Shown piece after piece: positions 26,081 to 39,400 of a DNA stretch of 64,000 nucleotides (positions within the stretch are counted from its first letter, which is position 1; each line of letters begins with the position of its first letter). The notes under the pieces were generated by a model. The model was not told where the DNA came from. It did no database searches and saw only the letters and a list, made by a program, of their open reading frames with translations. Position numbers and translations under genes: made by a program. Origin of the DNA: Lingula anatina (Eukaryota > Animalia > Brachiopoda); NCBI GenBank assembly GCA_051362555.1, contig JBPQGU010000016.1, positions 3,410,001 through 3,474,000 of the forward strand, read 5' to 3'.

Positions 26081-26806
26081 GAGGAAGACTCAGAACTAAT
26101 GAGGTTATTATTAACAGATGTGACAGCGATATCCACTACAATACGTTATGCCAAGGACAATTTACTGAGATAATGGGACATTTTCTGTGAACTCTATTGA
26201 CTTTGAACCGAACATTGACTATGTTTTACATACATATATTGGCTACATTATACTGAGCCTGTATTTGCATTCAATATTCTATTCATACAAGTGACACAAT
26301 TATATGTCGTTCACTTTATCAAGGCATTTGTAAAAGTTGTTTGTATTCTGAAGCTGTTTGGATGCACAGTACAGTCTTGTGAGTAAAGTGCATGTGTCAT
26401 GTTGATAATGCAGATTTAGCATAATTAGTAAAGTTCATATGTGCCGTTTATGCAGTAATGTATGCACATTTATATATAAAAAATATGGGACTTGAAAGTA
26501 TGCACTGTTTAACACAACATGTTACCTTAGTTATAAGGAAATAATGTATTTATATGTGCCGTTAATATGTAATGTATATGCACAATTATTATTTACTATG
26601 CACAAAAATAGATCTCATTATCATTAACTGTGCTGATGTAAGGCATACAATACATATAACATTGTCATTTAAAGCAAGGGTTGACTAAGATGCTGTTGAT
26701 AAAGTGTAATCCGTATGTATGTTAAAGTTATGTCAACAATTGTAATTAATTCACACTTATCTTAATTATCAGTGGTTTATATATAAGCATGTATTGAAAA
26801 TATGAT

Positions 26807-26815
26807 GGGGAGGAA
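26807..26815 (+). promoter_or_regulatory. Polypurine tract
   Basis: GGGGAGGAA immediately precedes the TG of the 3' LTR. Confidence 0.9.
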
Positions 26816-26928
26816 TGTAGTGTATTAGCCTATGTATCGTTTACGCGTCACGCCAGGTGTCGCATGACACCTGGTACCATGTGACTTGATGCGGGAATCT
26901 TGAATGTAATAAAGCAGAACTCACAACA
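26816..26928 (+). repeat. 3' LTR (113 bp)
   Basis: Copy of the 5' LTR with one C/T difference (20603 vs 26890) at a CpG. Confidence 0.97.
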
Positions 26929-29900
26929 AAAGGACCAAACACACCAACCAGACACTATAATGAAGAAAAAAATTTTTCAACCCTACCTGGCCAAAATTGA
27001 AGAAAACTGCCATATCCGGACCTTACGAAAATCACTCAAAATCACCCAAAAATGACCCGTCACCAAATTTTCCAAAAAAGTGATGAAAATCAATCTACCA
27101 CACCTGTCATTCATAAAAAATGTGGAAACGCGCCCGGATCACTTCATTAAAGCCCCCAATTTCAGCTTTAAAGATGGCCAAAAAGCACACCTGAGAACAG
27201 GATTTGGAGAGAGGGGGGGTGGAGAGAGTTTTTGCTCTATTTCTTCCTTAATAATGACACAACCACTCTTCCAGCACTTTATTCTGACTACAAATGACCA
27301 AACACACCTACCAGACACTATAATGAAGAAAAAAATTTTTCAACCCTACCTGGCCAAAATTGAAGAAAACTGCCATATCCGGACCTTACGAAAATCACTC
27401 AAAATCACCCAAAAATGACCCGTCACCAAATTTTCCAAAAAGTGATGAAAATCAATCTACCACACCTGTCATTCATAAAAAATGTGGAAACGCGCCCGGA
27501 TCACTTCATTAAAGCCCCCAATTTCAGCTTTAAAGATGGCCAAAAAGCACACCTGAGAACAGGATTTGGAGAGAGGGGGGGTGGAGAGAGTTTTTGCTCT
27601 ATTTCTTCCTTAATAATGACACAACCACTCTTCCAGCACTTTATTCTGACTACAAATGACCAAACACACCTACCAGACACTATAATGAAGAAAAAAATTT
27701 TTCAACCCTACCTGGCCAAAATTGAAGAAAACTGCCATATCCGGACCTTACGAAAATCACTCAAAATCACCCAAAAATGACCCGTCACCAAATTTTCCAA
27801 AAAGTGATGAAAATCAATCTACCACACCTGTCATTCATAAAAAATGTGGAAACGCGCCCGGATCACTTCATTAAAGCCCCCAATTTCAGCTTTAAAGATG
27901 GCCAAAAAGCACACCTGAGAACAGGATTTGGAGAGAGGGGGGGTGGAGAGAGTTTTTGCTCTATTTCTTCCTTAATAATGACACAACCACTCTTCCAGCA
28001 CTTTATTCTGACTACAAATGACCAAACACACCTACCAGACACTATAATGAAGAAAAAAATTTTTCAACCCTACCTGGCCAAAATTGAAGAAAACTGCCAT
28101 ATCCGGACCTTACGAAAATCACTCAAAATCACCCAAAAATGACCCGTCACCAAATTTTCCAAAAAGTGATGAAAATCAATCTACCACACCTGTCATTCAT
28201 AAAAAATGTGGAAACGCGCCCGGATCACTTCATTAAAGCCCCCAATTTCAGCTTTAAAGATGGCCAAAAAGCACACCTGAGAACAGGATTTGGAGAGAGG
28301 GGGGGGTGGAGAGAGTTTTTGCTCTATTTCTTCCTTAATAATGACACAACCACTCTTCCAGCACTTTATTCTGACTACAAATGACCAAACACACCTACCA
28401 GACACTATAATGAAGAAAAAAATTTTTCAACCCTACCTGGCCAAAATTGAAGAAAACTGCCATATCCGGACCTTACGAAAATCACTCAAAATCACCCAAA
28501 AATGACCCGTCACCAAATTTTCCAAAAAGTGATGAAAATCAATCTACCACACCTGTCATTCATAAAAAATGTGGAAACGCGCCCGGATCACTTCATTAAA
28601 GCCCCCAATTTCAGCTTTAAAGATGGCCAAAAAGCACACCTGAGAACAGGATTTGGAGAGAGGGGGGGTGGAGAGAGTTTTTGCTCTATTTCTTCCTTAA
28701 TAATGACACAACCACTCTTCCAGCACTTTATTCTGACTACAAATGACCAAACACACCTACCAGACACTATAATGAAGAAAAAAATTTTTCAACCCTACCT
28801 GGCCAAAATTGAAGAAAACTGCCATATCCGGACCTTACGAAAATCACTCAAAATCACCCAAAAATGACCCGTCACCAAATTTTCCAAAAAGTGATGAAAA
28901 TCAATCTACCACACCTGTCATTCATAAAAAATGTGGAAACGCGCCCGGATCACTTCATTAAAGCCCCCAATTTCAGCTTTAAAGATGGCCAAAAAGCACA
29001 CCTGAGAACAGGATTTGGAGAGAGGGGGGGTGGAGAGAGTTTTTGCTCTATTTCTTCCTTAATAATGACACAACCACTCTTCCAGAACTTTATTCTGACT
29101 ACAAATGACCAAACACACCTACCAGACACTATAATGAAGAAAAAAATTTTTCAACCCTACCTGGCCAAAATTGAAGAAAACTGCCATATCCGGACCTTAC
29201 GAAAATCACTCAAAATCACCCAAAAATGACCCGTCACCAAATTTTCCAAAAAGTGATGAAAATCAATCTACCACACCTGTCATTCATAAAAAATGTGGAA
29301 ACGCGCCCGGATCACTTCATTAAAGCCCCCAATTTCAGCTTTAAAGATGGCCAAAAAGCACACCTGAGAACAGGATTTGGAGAGAGGGGGGGTGGAGAGA
29401 GTTTTTGCTCTATTTCTTCCTTAATAATGACACAACTACTCTTCCAGCACTTTATTCTGACTACAAATGACCAAACACACCTACCAGACCCTATAATGAA
29501 GAAAAAAATTTTTCAACCCTACCTGGCCAAAATTGAAGAAAACTGCCATATCCGGACCTTACGAAAATCACTCAAAATCACCCAAAAATGACCCGTCACC
29601 AAATTTTCCAAAAAGTGATGAAAATCAATCTACCACACCTGTCATTCATAAAAAATGTGGAAACGCGCCCGGATCACTTCATTAAAGCCCCCAATTTCAG
29701 CTTTAAAGATGGCCAAAAAGCACACCTGAGAACAGGATTTGGAGAGAGGGGGGGTGGAGAGAGTTTTTGCTCTATTTCTTCCTTAATAATGACACAACCA
29801 CTCTTCCAGCACTTTATTCTGACTACAAATGACCAAACACACCTACCAGACACTATAATGAAGAAAAAAATTTTTCAACCCTACCTGGCCAAAATTGAAG

Positions 29901-30409
29901 AAAACTGCCATATCCGGACCTTACGAAAATCACTCAAAATCACCCAAAAATGACCCGTCACCAAATTTTCCAAAAAGTGATGAAAATCAATCTACCACAC
30001 CTGTCATTCATAAAAAATGTGGAAACGCGCCCGGATCACTTCATTAAAGCCCCCAATTTCAGCTTTAAAGATGGCCAAAAAGCACACCTGAGAACAGGAT
30101 TTGGAGAGAGGGGGGGTGGAGAGAGTTTTTGCTCTATTTCTTCCTTAATAATGACACAACCACTCTTCCAGCACTTTATTCTGACTACAAATGACCAAAC
30201 ACACCTACCAGACACTATAATGAAGAAAAAAATTTTTCAACCCTACCTGGCCAAAATTGAAGAAAACTGCCATATCCGGACCTTACGAAAATCACTCAAA
30301 ATCACCCAAAAATGACCCGTCACCAAATTTTCCAAAAAGTGATGAAAATCAATCTACCACACCTGTCATTCATAAAAAATGTGGAAACGCGCCCGGATCA
30401 CTTCATTAA
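26929..30409 (+). repeat. Satellite array, subfamily A continued (~9.6 copies)
   Basis: Same 362-bp unit and orientation as 1-20528. Confidence 0.99.
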
Positions 30410-33400
30410 CAGGTGTGGTAGATTGATTTTCGTCACTTTTTGGAAAAATCGGAGACGGGTCGATTTTTGGTGATTTTGAGTGATTTTGAACAGTGCCGGC
30501 ACTGTGAGATTTCTTCAATTTTGGCCAGGTAGGGATGAAAATTTTTTTTCTTCATTATATATAGTGTCAGGTAGGTGTGTTCGGTCATTTGTAGTAAGAA
30601 TAAAGTGCTGGAAGAGTGGTGGTGTCAACATTAAGGAAGAAATAGAGCAAAAACTCTGTCTCTCCCCCCCCCTCTCAGATTCTGTTCTCAGAGCTTATTT
30701 TTGGATCATCTTTAAAGCTAGAATTGGGGGCCTTGATGAAGTGACCCGGGCGCGTTTCCACATTTTTTATGAATGACAGGTGTGGTAGATTGATTTTCGT
30801 CACTTTTTGGAAAAATTGGAGACGGGTCGATTTTTGGTGATTTTGAGTGATTTTGAACAGTGCCGGCACTGTGAGATTTCTTCAATTTTGGCCAGGTAGG
30901 GATGAAAATTTTTTTTCTTCATTATAGTGTCAGGTAGGTGTGTTCGGTCATTTGTAGTAAGAATAAAGTGCTGGAAGAGTGGTGGTGTCAACATTAAGGA
31001 AGAAATAGAGCAAAAACTCTGTCTCTCCCCCCCCTCTCAGATTCTGTTCTCAGAGCTTATTTTTGGATCATCTTTAAAGCTAGAATTGGGGGCCTTGATG
31101 AAGTGACCCGGGCGCGTTTCCACATTTTTTATGAATGACAGGTGTGGTAGATTGATTTTCGTCACTTTTTGGAAAAATCGGAGACGGGTCGATTTTTGGT
31201 GATTTTGAGTGATTTTGAACAGTGCCGGCACTGTGAGATTTCTTCAATTTTGGCCAGGTAGGGATGAAAATTTTTTTTCTTCATTATATATAGTGTCAGG
31301 TAGGTGTGTTCGGTCATTTGTAGTAAGAATAAAGTGCTGGAAGAGTGGTGGTGTCAACATTAAGGAAGAAATAGAGCAAAAACTCTGTCTCTCCCCCCCC
31401 CTCTCAGATTCTGTTCTCAGAGCTTATTTTTGGATCATCTTTAAAGCTAGAATTGGGGGCCTTGATGAAGTGACCCGGGCGCGTTTCCACATTTTTTATG
31501 AATGACAGGTGTGGTAGATTGATTTTCGTCACTTTTTGGAAAAATCGGAGACGGGTCGATTTTTGGTGATTTTGAGTGATTTTGAACAGTGCCGGCACTG
31601 TGAGATTTCTTCAATTTTGGCCAGGTAGGGATGAAAATTTTTTTTCTTCATTATATATAGTGTCAGGTAGGTGTGTTCGGTCATTTGTAGTAAGAATAAA
31701 GTGCTGGAAGAGTGGTGGTGTCAACATTAAGGAAGAAATAGAGCAAAAACTCTGTCTCTCCCCCCCCCTCTCAGATTCTGTTCTCAGAGCTTATTTTTGG
31801 ATCATCTTTAAAGCTAGAATTGGGGGCCTTGATGAAGTGACCCGGGCGCGTTTCCACATTTTTTATGAATGACAGGTGTGGTAGATTGATTTTCGTCACT
31901 TTTTGGAAAAATCGGAGACGGGTCGATTTTTGGTGATTTTGAGTGATTTTGAACAGTGCCGGCACTGTGAGATTTCTTCAATTTTGGCCAGGTAGGGATG
32001 AAAATTTTTTTTCTTCATTATATATAGTGTCAGGTAGGTGTGTTCGGTCATTTGTAGTAAGAATAAAGTGCTGGAAGAGTGGTGGTGTCAACATTAAGGA
32101 AGAAATAGAGCAAAAACTCTGTCTCTCCCCCCCCCTCTCAGATTCTGTTCTCAGAGCTTATTTTTGGATCATCTTTAAAGCTAGAATTGGGGGCCTTGAT
32201 GAAGTGACCCGGGCGCGTTTCCACATTTTTTATGAATGACAGGTGTGGTAGATTGATTTTCGTCACTTTTTGGAAAAATTGGAGACGGGTCGATTTTTGG
32301 TGATTTTGAGTGATTTTGAACAGTGCCGGCACTATGAGATTTCTTCAATTTTGGCCAGGTAGGGATGAAAATTTTTTTTCTTCATTATAGTGTCAGGTAG
32401 GTGTGTTCGGTCATTTGTAGTAAGAATAAAGTGCTGGAAGAGTGGTGGTGTCAACATTAAGGAAGAAATAGAGCAAAAACTCTGTCTCTCCCCCCCCTCT
32501 CAGATTCTGTTCTCAGAGCTTATTTTTGGATCATCTTTAAAGCTAGAATTGGGGGCCTTGATGAAGTGACCCGGGCGCGTTTCCACATTTTTTATGAATG
32601 ACAGGTGTGGTAGATTGATTTTCGTCACTTTTTGGAAAAATCGGAGACGGGTCGATTTTTGGTGATTTTGAGTGATTTTGAACAGTGCCGGCACTGTGAG
32701 ATTTCTTCAATTTTGGCCAGGTAGGGATGAAAATTTTTTTTCTTCATTATATATAGTGTCAGGTAGGTGTGTTCGGTCATTTGTAGTAAGAATAAAGTGC
32801 TGGAAGAGTGGTGGTGTCAACATTAAGGAAGAAATAGAGCAAAAACTCTGTCTCTCCCCCCCCCTCTCAGATTCTGTTCTCAGAGCTTATTTTTGGATCA
32901 TCTTTAAAGCTAGAATTGGGGGCCTTGATGAAGTGACCCGGGCGCGTTTCCACATTTTTTATGAATGACAGGTGTGGTAGATTGATTTTCGTCACTTTTT
33001 GGAAAAATCGGAGACGGGTCGATTTTTGGTGATTTTGAGTGATTTTGAACAGTGCCGGCACTGTGAGATTTCTTCAATTTTGGCCAGGTAGGGATGAAAA
33101 TTTTTTTTCTTCATTATATATAGTGTCAGGTAGGTGTGTTCGGTCATTTGTAGTAAGAATAAAGTGCTGGAAGAGTGGTGGTGTCAACATTAAGGAAGAA
33201 ATAGAGCAAAAACTCTGTCTCTCCCCCCCCCTCTCAGATTCTGTTCTCAGAGCTTATTTTTGGATCATCTTTAAAGCTAGAATTGGGGGCCTTGATGAAG
33301 TGACCCGGGCGCGTTTCCACATTTTTTATGAATGACAGGTGTGGTAGATTGATTTTCGTCACTTTTTGGAAAAATTGGAGACGGGTCGATTTTTGGTGAT

Positions 33401-36400
33401 TTTGAGTGATTTTGAACAGTGCCGGCACTGTGAGATTTCTTCAATTTTGGCCAGGTAGGGATGAAAATTTTTTTTCTTCATTATATATAGTGTCAGGTAG
33501 GTGTGTTCGGTCATTTGTAGTAAGAATAAAGTGCTGGAAGAGTGGTGGTGTCAACATTAAGGAAGAAATAGAGCAAAAACTCTGTCTCTCCCCCCCCCTC
33601 TCAGATTCTGTTCTCAGAGCTTATTTTTGGATCATCTTTAAAGCTAGAATTGGGGGCCTTGATGAAGTGACCCGGGCGCGTTTCCACATTTTTTATGAAT
33701 GACAGGTGTGGTAGATTGATTTTCGTCACTTTTTGGAAAAATCGGAGACGGGTCGATTTTTGGTGATTTTGAGTGATTTTGAACAGTGCCGGCACTGTGA
33801 GATTTCTTCAATTTTGGCCAGGTAGGGATGAAAATTTTTTTTCTTCATTATATATAGTGTCAGGTAGGTGTGTTCGGTCATTTGTAGTAAGAATAAAGTG
33901 CTGGAAGAGTGGTGGTGTCAACATTAAGGAAGAAATAGAGCAAAAACTCTGTCTCTCCCCCCCCCTCTCAGATTCTGTTCTCAGAGCTTATTTTTGGATC
34001 ATCTTTAAAGCTAGAATTGGGGGCCTTGATGAAGTGACCCGGGCGCGTTTCCACATTTTTTATGAATGACAGGTGTGGTAGATTGATTTTCGTCACTTTT
34101 TGGAAAAATCGGAGACGGGTCGATTTTTGGTGATTTTGAGTGATTTTGAACAGTGCCGGCACTGTGAGATTTCTTCAATTTTGGCCAGGTAGGGATGAAA
34201 ATTTTTTTTCTTCATTATATATAGTGTCAGGTAGGTGTGTTCGGTCATTTGTAGTAAGAATAAAGTGCTGGAAGAGTGGTGGTGTCAACATTAAGGAAGA
34301 AATAGAGCAAAAACTCTGTCTCTCCCCCCCCCTCTCAGATTCTGTTCTCAGAGCTTATTTTTGGATCATCTTTAAAGCTAGAATTGGGGGCCTTGATGAA
34401 GTGACCCGGGCGCGTTTCCACATTTTTTATGAATGACAGGTGTGGTAGATTGATTTTCGTCACTTTTTGGAAAAATCGGAGACGGGTCGATTTTTGGTGA
34501 TTTTGAGTGATTTTGAACAGTGCCGGCACTGTGAGATTTCTTCAATTTTGGCCAGGTAGGGATGAAAATTTTTTTTCTTCATTATATATAGTGTCAGGTA
34601 GGTGTGTTCGGTCATTTGTAGTAAGAATAAAGTGCTGGAAGAGTGGTGGTGTCAACATTAAGGAAGAAATAGAGCAAAAACTCTGTCTCTCCCCCCCCTC
34701 TCAGATTCTGTTCTCAGAGCTTATTTTTGGATCATCTTTAAAGCTAGAATTGGGGGCCTTGATGAAGTGACCCGGGCGCGTTTCCACATTTTTTATGAAT
34801 GACAGGTGTGGTAGATTGATTTTCGTCACTTTTTGGAAAAATTGGAGACGGGTCGATTTTTGGTGATTTTGAGTGATTTTGAACAGTGCCGGCACTGTGA
34901 GATTTCTTCAATTTTGGCCAGGTAGGGATGAAAATTTTTTTTCTTCATTATAGTGTCAGGTAGGTGTGTTCGGTCATTTGTAGTAAGAATAAAGTGCTGG
35001 AAGAGTGGTGGTGTCAACATTAAGGAAGAAATAGAGCAAAAACTCTGTCTCTCCCCCCCCCTCTCAGATTCTGTTCTCAGAGCTTATTTTTGGATCATCT
35101 TTAAAGCTAGAATTGGGGGCCTTGATGAAGTGACCCGGGCGCGTTTCCACATTTTTTATGAATGACAGGTGTGGTAGATTGATTTTCGTCACTTTTTGGA
35201 AAAATCGGAGACGGGTCGATTTTTGGTGATTTTGAGTGATTTTGAACAGTGCCGGCACTGTGAGATTTCTTCAATTTTGGCCAGGTAGGGATGAAAATTT
35301 TTTTTCTTCATTATATATAGTGTCAGGTAGGTGTGTTCGGTCATTTGTAGTAAGAATAAAGTGCTGGAAGAGTGGTGGTGTCAACATTAAGGAAGAAATA
35401 GAGCAAAAACTCTGTCTCTCCCCCCCCCTCTCAGATTCTGTTCTCAGAGCTTATTTTTGGATCATCTTTAAAGCTAGAATTGGGGGCCTTGATGAAGTGA
35501 CCCGGGCGCGTTTCCACATTTTTTATGAATGACAGGTGTGGTAGATTGATTTTCGTCACTTTTTGGAAAAATCGGAGACGGGTCGATTTTTGGTGATTTT
35601 GAGTGATTTTGAACAGTGCCGGCACTGTGAGATTTCTTCAATTTTGGCCAGGTAGGGATGAAAATTTTTTTTCTTCATTATATATAGTGTCAGGTAGGTG
35701 TGTTCGGTCATTTGTAGTAAGAATAAAGTGCTGGAAGAGTGGTGGTGTCAACATTAAGGAAGAAATAGAGCAAAAACTCTGTCTCTCCCCCCCCCTCTCA
35801 GATTCTGTTCTCAGAGCTTATTTTTGGATCATCTTTAAAGCTAGAATTGGGGGCCTTGATGAAGTGACCCGGGCGCGTTTCCACATTTTTTATGAATGAC
35901 AGGTGTGGTAGATTGATTTTCGTCACTTTTTGGAAAAATCGGAGACGGGTCGATTTTTGGTGATTTTGAGTGATTTTGAACAGTGCCGGCACTGTGAGAT
36001 TTCTTCAATTTTGGCCAGGTAGGGATGAAAATTTTTTTTCTTCATTATATATAGTGTCAGGTAGGTGTGTTCGGTCATTTGTAGTAAGAATAAAGTGCTG
36101 GAAGAGTGGTGGTGTCAACATTAAGGAAGAAATAGAGCAAAAACTCTGTCTCTCCCCCCCCCTCTCAGATTCTGTTCTCAGAGCTTATTTTTGGATCATC
36201 TTTAAAGCTAGAATTGGGGGCCTTGATGAAGTGACCCGGGCGCGTTTCCACATTTTTTATGAATGACAGGTGTGGTAGATTGATTTTCGTCACTTTTTGG
36301 AAAAATCGGAGACGGGTCGATTTTTGGTGATTTTGAGTGATTTTGAACAGTGCCGGCACTGTGAGATTTCTTCAATTTTGGCCAGGTAGGGATGAAAATT

Positions 36401-39400
36401 TTTTTTCTTCATTATAGTGTCAGGTAGGTGTGTTCGGTCATTTGTAGTAAGAATAAAGTGCTGGAAGAGTGGTGGTGTCAACATTAAGGAAGAAATAGAG
36501 CAAAAACTCTGTCTCTCCCCCCCCCTCTCAGATTCTGTTCTCAGAGCTTATTTTTGGATCATCTTTAAAGCTAGAATTGGGGGCCTTGATGAAGTGACCC
36601 GGGCGCGTTTCCACATTTTTTATGAATGACAGGTGTGGTAGATTGATTTTCGTCACTTTTTGGAAAAATCGGAGACGGGTCGATTTTTGGTGATTTTGAG
36701 TGATTTTGAACAGTGCCGGCACTGTGAGATTTCTTCAATTTTGGCCAGGTAGGGATGAAAATTTTTTTTCTTCATTATATATAGTGTCAGGTAGGTGTGT
36801 TCGGTCATTTGTAGTAAGAATAAAGTGCTGGAAGAGTGGTGGTGTCAACATTAAGGAAGAAATAGAGCAAAAACTCTGTCTCTCCCCCCCCCTCTCAGAT
36901 TCTGTTCTCAGAGCTTATTTTTGGATCATCTTTAAAGCTAGAATTGGGGGCCTTGATGAAGTGACCCGGGCGCGTTTCCACATTTTTTATGAATGACAGG
37001 TGTGGTAGATTGATTTTCGTCACTTTTTGGAAAAATCGGAGACGGGTCGATTTTTGGTGATTTTGAGTGATTTTGAACAGTGCCGGCACTGTGAGATTTC
37101 TTCAATTTTGGCCAGGTAGGGATGAAAATTTTTTTTCTTCATTATAGTGTCAGGTAGGTGTGTTCGGTCATTTGTAGTAAGAATAAAGTGCTGGAAGAGT
37201 GGTGGTGTCAACATTAAGGAAGAAATAGAGCAAAAACTCTGTCTCTCCCCCCCCCTCTCAGATTCTGTTCTCAGAGCTTATTTTTGGATCATCTTTAAAG
37301 CTAGAATTGGGGGCCTTGATGAAGTGACCCGGGCGCGTTTCCACATTTTTTATGAATGACAGGTGTGGTAGATTGATTTTCGTCACTTTTTGGAAAAATC
37401 GGAGACGGGTCGATTTTTGGTGATTTTGAGTGATTTTGAACAGTGCCGGCACTGTGAGATTTCTTCAATTTTGGCCAGGTAGGGATGAAAATTTTTTTTC
37501 TTCATTATATATAGTGTCAGGTAGGTGTGTTCGGTCATTTGTAGTAAGAATAAAGTGCTGGAAGAGTGGTGGTGTCAACATTAAGGAAGAAATAGAGCAA
37601 AAACTCTGTCTCTCCCCCCCCCTCTCAGATTCTGTTCTCAGAGCTTATTTTTGGATCATCTTTAAAGCTAGAATTGGAAAGCTAGAATTGGGGGCCTTGA
37701 TGAAGTGACCCGGGCGCGTTTCCACATTTTTTATGAATGACAGGTGTGGTAGATTGATTTTCGTCACTTTTTGGAAAAATCGGAGACGGGTCGATTTTTG
37801 GTGATTTTGAGTGATTTTGAACAGTGCCGGCACTGTGAGATTTCTTCAATTTTGGCCAGGTAGGGATGAAAATTTTTTTTCTTCATTATAGTGTCAGGTA
37901 GGTGTGTTCGGTCATTTGTAGTAAGAATAAAGTGCTGGAAGAGTGGTGGTGTCAACATTAAGGAAGAAATAGAGCAAAAACTCTGTCTCCCCCCCCCCCT
38001 CTCAGATTCTGTTCTCAGAGCTTATTTTTGGATCATCTTTAAAGCTAGAATTGGGGGCCTTGATGAAGTGACCCGGGCGCGTTTCCACATTTTTTATGAA
38101 TGACAGGTGTGGTAGATTGATTTTCGTCACTTTTTGGAAAAATCGGAGACGGGTCGATTTTTGGTGATTTTGAGTGATTTTGAACAGTGCCGGCACTGTG
38201 AGATTTCTTCAATTTTGGCCAGGTAGGGATGAAAATTTTTTTTCTTCATTATAGTGTCAGGTAGGTGTGTTCGGTCATTTGTAGTAAGAATAAAGTGCTG
38301 GAAGAGTGGTGGTGTCAACATTAAGGAAGAAATAGAGCAAAAACTCTGTCTCCTCCCCCCCCCTCTCAGATTCTGTTCTCAGAGCTTATTTTTGGATCAT
38401 CTTTAAAGCTAGAATTGGGGGCCTTGATGAAGTGACCCGGGCGCGTTTCCACATTTTTTATGAATGACAGGTGTGGTAGATTGATTTTCGTCACTTTTTG
38501 GAAAAATCGGAGACGGGTCGATTTTTGGTGATTTTGAGTGATTTTGAACAGTGCCGGCACTGTGAGATTTCTTCAATTTTGGCCAGGTAGGGATGAAAAT
38601 TTTTTTTCTTCATTATAGTGTCAGGTAGGTGTGTTCGGTCATTTGTAGTAAGAATAAAGTGCTGGAAGAGTGGTGGTGTCAACATTAAGGAAGAAATAGA
38701 GCAAAAACTCTGTCTCCCCCCCCCCCTCTCAGATTCTGTTCTCAGAGCTTATTTTTGGATCATCTTTAAAGCTAGAATTGGGGGCCTTGATGAAGTGACC
38801 CGGGCGCGTTTCCACATTTTTTATGAATGACAGGTGTGGTAGATTGATTTTCGTCACTTTTTGGAAAAATCGGAGACGGGTCGATTTTTGGTGATTTTGA
38901 GTGATTTTGAACAGTGCCGGCACTGTGAGATTTCTTCAATTTTGGCCAGGTAGGGATGAAAATTTTTTTTCTTCATTATAGTGTCAGGTAGGTGTGTTCG
39001 GTCATTTGTAGTAAGAATAAAGTGCTGGAAGAGTGGTGGTGTCAACATTAAGGAAGAAATAGAGCAAAAACTCTGTCTCTCCCCCCCCCTCTCAGATTCT
39101 GTTCTCAGAGCTTATTTTTGGATCATCTTTAAAGCTAGAATTGGGGGCCTTGATGAAGTGACCCGGGCGCGTTTCCACATTTTTTATGAATGACAGGTGT
39201 GGTAGATTGATTTTCGTCACTTTTTGGAAAAATCGGAGACGGGTCGATTTTTGGTGATTTTGAGTGATTTTGAACAGTGCCGGCACTGTGAGATTTCTTC
39301 AATTTTGGCCAGGTAGGGATGAAAATTTTTTTTCTTCATTATAGTGTCAGGTAGGTGTGTTCGGTCATTTGTAGTAAGAATAAAGTGCTGGAAGAGTGGT

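Larger units (their letters stand above)
20529..26928 (+). mobile_element. Full-length intact Ty3/Gypsy LTR retrotransposon (6400 bp) inserted in the satellite
   Basis: Two 113-bp TG...CA LTRs, PBS, PPT and uninterrupted gag and pol with PR-RT-RH-IN order. The satellite monomer resumes in register after the element. Confidence 0.98.

Noticed and set aside
190-30315. 121-aa ORF filling each A monomer with ATGA stop-start overlaps, resembling a translationally coupled tandem gene array
   Set aside because: No recognisable domain, no promoter or UTR space, repeatedly frameshifted by G-tract changes, and broken in subfamily B. Near-identity of copies reflects satellite homogenisation. Only ribosome profiling or proteomics could rescue it.
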